64,000 nucleotides of DNA from Pseudomonadota bacterium (GTDB taxonomy: Bacteria > UBA10199 > 2-02-FULL-44-16 > DYJF01): assembly GCA_043823065.1 (NCBI GenBank), contig JBDRBB010000023.1, forward strand, positions 1-64,000. Reading direction: 5' to 3'. The position numbers and the translations under genes are program-made. The notes beneath the pieces were generated by a model. The model was given only the letters and a program-made list of their open reading frames with translations. It was not told the origin of the DNA and did no database searches. Below are positions 59,339-64,000 of the stretch, piece after piece. Each line of letters opens with the position of its first letter. The stretch's first letter is position 1.

Positions 59339-59761
59339 GTGCTTATGAAAGATTGGTACGAATCATCGATAAATCGTTTAAAAATAAATAAAAATTTTAA
59401 CCAGCGCTCCAGGTTAGAAATTGTTTTAGTCAGTTTGTTAATTATTTTGGCTTTGACCATAACTGCCGGTTATCGGGGTAAATGTAACGAGATTGAAAAT
59501 GGCCAAATTCTAATTTATGATTTGGCACAATTGCGCTCAGCAGTGATATTATATAAAACTCTTAATCAGCAGTTGCCTTTGGATTTGCCAAGTTTGACTA
59601 AACTCACTTATGAATTTACGCCAGGCCAGTTGCGTCCATATTTAAATAATTTTCGTTTCGACGGCCAAGGCAGATTAATCGATCCATTTGGCACTCCTTA
59701 TGGATACGATGTTAACAAAGGTTTTGTTTATTCCCAAACACATGGATTTAAAAATTTCTAA
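59339..59761 (+). CDS. Pilin/GspG-like protein
   Basis: Degenerate prepilin helix (RLEIVLV) and DPFG.PY motif. Confidence 0.6.
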   Translation: MLMKDWYESSINRLKINKNFNQRSRLEIVLVSLLIILALTITAGYRGKCNEIENGQILIYDLAQLRSAVILYKTLNQQLPLDLPSLTKLTYEFTPGQLRPYLNNFRFDGQGRLIDPFGTPYGYDVNKGFVYSQTHGFKNF

Positions 59762-60149
59762 CCAAGGTTTTACTTTAATTGAAATAGTCCTAATCCTTGC
59801 TTTACTAGCTGTGCTGGCGATTTTTGCTTTGCCACGTTTTTTTAGCGTTTCCAAAGAAGTGCAAATTACCAACAGGGATGGCGTGGTAAGTGCGGTAAGT
59901 AGCGGTTTGGAGTTGGTATATGCCAGAGAAAAGCACTATCCTTTGGTGCTTGATGAGGCTAAAGCAGGCGCTTGTGGATCTCGCAATTTATGTTTTACCA
60001 ATGTTATGTTTCAACCAGTGCAAGACGAAGCTTGGAACAAGCTGCAGACAAAACTTTACAGTTTTCAAAAAGGTGAAACCAAGACTTGCTATCTTTACGA
60101 TCCTGGTCTAGATAAGGGCAAATTTTCTGCAATAGATTGCCCAAATTAA
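59688..60149 (+). CDS. Prepilin-type N-terminal cleavage/methylation protein
   Basis: QG|FTLIE site; the true start is probably MDLK, downstream of the ORF-track start. Confidence 0.8.
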   Translation: MALLMDTMLTKVLFIPKHMDLKISNQGFTLIEIVLILALLAVLAIFALPRFFSVSKEVQITNRDGVVSAVSSGLELVYAREKHYPLVLDEAKAGACGSRNLCFTNVMFQPVQDEAWNKLQTKLYSFQKGETKTCYLYDPGLDKGKFSAIDCPN

Positions 60150-60150
60150 T

Positions 60151-60471
60151 ATGGAAGATACAAATCAAAAATACAGAGTGCGTCCACCTAATTGGTTGCC
60201 CTTGCCTCATCAAGTTTCCATTCAGGTTGCCCAGCAAAATGTTGATGAAAACGATTTATTTTCCAAAGGAGAAGTAATTAGTTTTTATCCCTGGCAAGGT
60301 TACGGGTATATTAAAACCAATAATAATCAGGAATTGATTTTTAAATTAAATGAAATTGATTTAAAGGGTGAAAAAACAGATCCCAGTTATCTGGCAGTGG
60401 GTCTCAAAGTTGGTTATGACGTAGCTCAGGCCTCAGATGGTTTGCATGTAAAATCACTTAAAATTTATTGA
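60151..60471 (+). CDS. Cold-shock (OB-fold) domain-containing protein
   Basis: G.V..F...GYGYI...L.VG.KV.Y pattern. Confidence 0.65.
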   Translation: MEDTNQKYRVRPPNWLPLPHQVSIQVAQQNVDENDLFSKGEVISFYPWQGYGYIKTNNNQELIFKLNEIDLKGEKTDPSYLAVGLKVGYDVAQASDGLHVKSLKIY

Positions 60472-60478
60472 GTTTATT

Positions 60479-62158
60479 ATGACAAATGAAAACCCAGACA
60501 AGCAAGCTTCAAATTTCATAAAAAATATAATTGATGAAGATTTAAAAAATAATAAAAATGAGGGCAGGGTGCATACTCGTTTTCCGCCAGAGCCAAATGG
60601 CTATCTTCATATTGGTCATGCAAAATCAATCTGTCTAAATTTTGGGATAGCCCAAGACTATAATGGTAAGTTTAATTTACGTTTTGATGATACCAACCCA
60701 GTAAAAGAAGAAGATGAATATGTACAGTCTATCATAGAAGATGTTAAGTGGTTAGGAGCAGATTGGGAAGATCGCCTTTTTTATGCTTCTGATTATTTTC
60801 AGCAGATGTATGATTATGCAGTGCAGCTTATTAAACAAGGTAAAGCCTATGTTGATGAATTAACAGCTGAAGAGATCAGACAGCATAGAGGAACTTTGTC
60901 TCTGCCTGGTCGGAATAGCCCATATAGAGATCGTTCTTCAGAGGAAAGTTTGGATTTATTTGAAAGAATGAAAAAAGGTGAGTTTCCAGATGGTTCAAAA
61001 GTGCTGCGCGCGAAAATTGATATGTCTTCCCCTAATCTAAATCTTCGTGATCCAGTGATTTACCGTATTCTTCATGCCGAACATCACCGAACTGGAAACA
61101 AGTGGTGCATTTATCCCATGTATGATTGGGCCCACGGTTTAGAAGATTCAATTGAAGGAATTACTCATTCTATTTGCACTTTGGAATTTGAGGATCATCG
61201 GCCGCTTTATGATTGGTTCTTAGAACAATTAAAAGTATATCATCCCCAACAGATCGAATTTGCTAGACTCAATTTAACTTATACTTTGATGAGTAAAAGA
61301 AAGCTGCTGCAACTAGTTCAAGAAGGGCAGGTAAATAGTTGGGATGATCCCAGAATGCCAACCATCTCTGGCTTTAGGCGTCGGGGCTACACTCCAGAAT
61401 CTATTCGCGATTTTGCCGAACGGATTGGTGTGGCCAAACGGGATAGCATGGTAGATGTGGCGCTTTTGGAATTTTGCATTCGGGATGAGTTAAATAAAAA
61501 AGCTTCTCGTTTTATGGGCGTGCTGGATCCGCTAAAAGTTATAATTGAAAATTACCCAGATAATTTGGAGGAGGAATTAGAGGCTATAAATAATCCTGAA
61601 GATGAAAGCGCTGGACAAAGAAAAGTTCCCTTTTCCAAAGAGCTCTATATTGAGCGCGATGATTTTATGGAAGATCCACCTAAGAAGTTTTTTAGGCTGG
61701 CTCCAGGTCGGGAAGTGAGGCTTAGATATGCTTACTTTATTAAGTGCACAGATGTTGTGAAAGATGAGGCAGGAAAAGTTGTTGAGCTTAGGTGCTTCTA
61801 TGATCCTGAAACGCGTGGTGGAAACGCCCCAGATGGCCGAAAGGTCAAAGCAACTTTGCATTGGGTCTCAGCTAAACAGGCAGTTGATGCTGAGGTTAGG
61901 TTGTATGATAGATTGTTTTTAGTAGAAGATCCAAATCAGGGCCCTGATTTTAGAGATCACCTAAATCCAGATTCACTAAAAATTGTTAAAGCTAAATTAG
62001 AACCAGCTCTCGCCAATTCAGAACCAGGGTTTAAGTGTCAATTTGAACGTCAAGGTTATTTTTGTGTTGATGCCAAAGATTCTAAGCCAGGCGCGCTGGT
62101 GTTTAATAGGACAGTTACCTTAAAAGATACCTGGGAAAAGATTAAAAAGAAAGCATAG
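60479..62158 (+). CDS. glnS: Glutaminyl-tRNA synthetase
   Basis: [27 protein letters not shown] and QFERQGYF motifs. Confidence 0.97.
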   Translation: MTNENPDKQASNFIKNIIDEDLKNNKNEGRVHTRFPPEPNGYLHIGHAKSICLNFGIAQDYNGKFNLRFDDTNPVKEEDEYVQSIIEDVKWLGADWEDRLFYASDYFQQMYDYAVQLIKQGKAYVDELTAEEIRQHRGTLSLPGRNSPYRDRSSEESLDLFERMKKGEFPDGSKVLRAKIDMSSPNLNLRDPVIYRILHAEHHRTGNKWCIYPMYDWAHGLEDSIEGITHSICTLEFEDHRPLYDWFLEQLKVYHPQQIEFARLNLTYTLMSKRKLLQLVQEGQVNSWDDPRMPTISGFRRRGYTPESIRDFAERIGVAKRDSMVDVALLEFCIRDELNKKASRFMGVLDPLKVIIENYPDNLEEELEAINNPEDESAGQRKVPFSKELYIERDDFMEDPPKKFFRLAPGREVRLRYAYFIKCTDVVKDEAGKVVELRCFYDPETRGGNAPDGRKVKATLHWVSAKQAVDAEVRLYDRLFLVEDPNQGPDFRDHLNPDSLKIVKAKLEPALANSEPGFKCQFERQGYFCVDAKDSKPGALVFNRTVTLKDTWEKIKKKA

Positions 62159-62241
62159 CCCCGCCCGAAAAAACAAAGTCTGATTATTTTAGGCATGAAA
62201 AATCTGTGGACAGTGAAGATATTTCATGGTATATTTGATCC

Positions 62242-63396
62242 GTGGAAATAAAACGAACAAAAGCTCTAGCTGAGCTTAAAGACAAATTAGACAGCTTTCC
62301 TATTGTTGGTATATTAGGCCCTCGTCAATGTGGAAAAACAACTCTAGCCCATCAATTTGCTAAATATAACCCCACTAAAAAAATTTCTTTCTTTGATCTT
62401 GAAGACCCCAGAGATGTTGCCAGACTTGAAAATCCAATGCTTGTTCTGGAGCCTTTAGAAGGCATAGTAGTTATTGATGAAATACAAAGGAACCCTGAGC
62501 TATTCCCTGTTTTGCGAGTTCTAGTTGATAAAAAAAAGAGAGCAAAATTTATAATCCTTGGTAGTGCTTCTCCCTATTTAGTTAAAGAGAGTTCTGAATC
62601 GCTTGCTGGTCGTATTGCTTTTTTAGAGTTGGGCGGTTTTTCACTAGATATATTAAAAAGCACGGATCAAAAAAAACTCTGGGTTAGAGGTGGTTTCCCC
62701 AGATCATTTTTAGCAAAAAGTGAAGCTGCATCATTTGAATGGCGAACAAATTTTGTAAAAACATACCTTGAAAGAGATATTCCAAATTTAGGCATTCAAA
62801 TACCAGCTAGAACTCTTGATCGTTTTTGGAGAATGCTAGCTCATTATCATGGACAATTGTTAAATGCTTCAGAATTAGGAAAAAGTTTTGGTGCAGCAGA
62901 TACTACTATAAAGCGCTATCTTGATATTTTATCAGGCACTTTTGTGATTAGGCAGTTGCAGCCATGGTATTACAATACAAAAAAACGCCTGGTTAAAAGT
63001 CCAAAAATTTTCTTTCGTGATTCAGGTTTGTTTCACAACTTATCTAATATTGAAAATATGTCTCAACTTGAGATAAATCCAAAGCTTGGTGCTTCCTGGG
63101 AGGGGTTTGCGCTTGAGCAGGTTATTCAACATTTCAACCTAGCAGATGATGAAATTTATTTTTGGGCTGTCCATACAGGTGCTGACCTGGATCTTGTTTT
63201 CCAAAGAAAGGGAAAGTTATGGGGAATTGAAGTTAAATATAACGAATCTCCTACCAGGACAAAATCCATGATGTCAGCTTTTGAGGAGCTTTCACTAGGT
63301 CATTTATGGGTTATCTACCCTGGAACACAAGATTATAAAATAGATAAAAACATAACCGCTGTAGGCATCAATAATTTAAAATCCATCCAATGGTAA
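62242..63396 (+). CDS. AAA+ ATPase with DUF4143 C-terminal domain
   Basis: GPRQCGKTT, IDEIQ, ESLAGR, GGFP, D.G and IEVK motifs. Confidence 0.9.
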   Translation: MEIKRTKALAELKDKLDSFPIVGILGPRQCGKTTLAHQFAKYNPTKKISFFDLEDPRDVARLENPMLVLEPLEGIVVIDEIQRNPELFPVLRVLVDKKKRAKFIILGSASPYLVKESSESLAGRIAFLELGGFSLDILKSTDQKKLWVRGGFPRSFLAKSEAASFEWRTNFVKTYLERDIPNLGIQIPARTLDRFWRMLAHYHGQLLNASELGKSFGAADTTIKRYLDILSGTFVIRQLQPWYYNTKKRLVKSPKIFFRDSGLFHNLSNIENMSQLEINPKLGASWEGFALEQVIQHFNLADDEIYFWAVHTGADLDLVFQRKGKLWGIEVKYNESPTRTKSMMSAFEELSLGHLWVIYPGTQDYKIDKNITAVGINNLKSIQW

Positions 63397-63540
63397 TAGA
63401 TTTTTTGCTCCGATAAGCTGAAAAACAGATCTCCTGATTGGTAGCCTATACATCAAAAAAGATGTAAACACAGGCTTACAATCTTAAATTCCGCATATAG
63501 CGGACGAAAGAACTTGTTATCTTGCTCCGTCTGATCTTTT

Positions 63541-63650
63541 TTAAATAGATGTCCCACCACTTTATGCCGCTTATTATATAACTGCGTGTAAACACCGTTA
63601 ATGTGTCGCATGCCTGCTGATAGATTTGCCTGCGGTGTTTCAATTAAAGT
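63541..63650 (-). pseudogene. Y1/RAYT-type (IS200-like) transposase fragment
   Basis: Minus strand translates LIETPQANLSAGMRHINGVYTQLYNKRHKVVGHLF. Confidence 0.75.
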
Positions 63651-63726
63651 GATATCTTGGCCCCCGAGGAGATGATATTGTTCAAGAAAAAAGACAAGGG
63701 AAAGACGGAGTATTAAAATAAAGACT

Positions 63727-64000
63727 TTATCTATTGAGCTTCAATAATCTGGGAAGCTGGATCAGGGTTGAGTCGGGCCCGCGCCTGGTGCCTGGCACAA
63801 TATAATTTCGCTGGGCAATTTTAATGTCATGACATGTTTGTGTTGCTGGATCTGTGCATTGGGGAATCATATCTTCGGTTATTGAGAAACAGTTGCCGTC
63901 GGTGAGGGCTTCAAGGACTGAACAGTCGCGGGTAAAATAATAAAGATACAGTTTATCCGTGTTGTTCACCTGCCCGGCATAACTTGCGGCGCTGTCCTGG
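63727..64000 (-). CDS. 3' end of a hypothetical protein (likely partial)
   Basis: Open frame near the window edge with several Cys; no family recognised. Confidence 0.45.
   Translation of the reverse strand, partial: QDSAASYAGQVNNTDKLYLYYFTRDCSVLEALTDGNCFSITEDMIPQCTDPATQTCHDIKIAQRNYIVPGTRRGPDSTLIQLPRLLKLNR

Noticed and set aside
874..61861. Many short antisense or overlapping ORFs in the track (for example 874-1305, 6207-6422, 45476-45829)
   Set aside because: They are shadows of well-supported genes on the opposite strand or in another frame.

Overview
Low-GC bacterial chromosome window. The deltaproteobacterial-style type II secretion cluster (gspC-N with a PilM-like GspL) suggests a Myxococcota/Bdellovibrionota-like or related uncultured lineage; this is inference only. 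Housekeeping genes include hppA, polA, gpsA, glnA, smpB, rsmA, tsaD, rpoZ, ruvCAB, yebC, pilT and glnS. Accessory patches rich in toxin-antitoxin and defence genes lie at about 2.6-5.5 kb, 27.6-33.8 kb and 62.2-63.7 kb. The main find is a tmRNA gene (ssrA, 34841-33848, minus strand) interrupted in its T-loop by a 644-nt group I intron with a complete-looking catalytic core. The intron encodes a single-motif LAGLIDADG homing endonuclease whose ribosome-binding site is buried in an intron helix. Downstream are an MNT-HEPN pair, a duplicated tRNA-Ser 5' half broken at the anticodon next to a GIY-YIG nuclease, an intact tRNA-Ser(UGA) without an encoded CCA, an HNH-WYL fusion and an AbiEi/AbiEii pair. 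Other observations are a 13-bp motif (TTGCTCCGTCTGA) recurring at accessory-gene borders, apparently leaderless defence genes, a possible split sensor-kinase system, an unannotated secreted Cys-rich peptide, a candidate structured RNA, and a palindromic repeat inside a pseudopilin leader.
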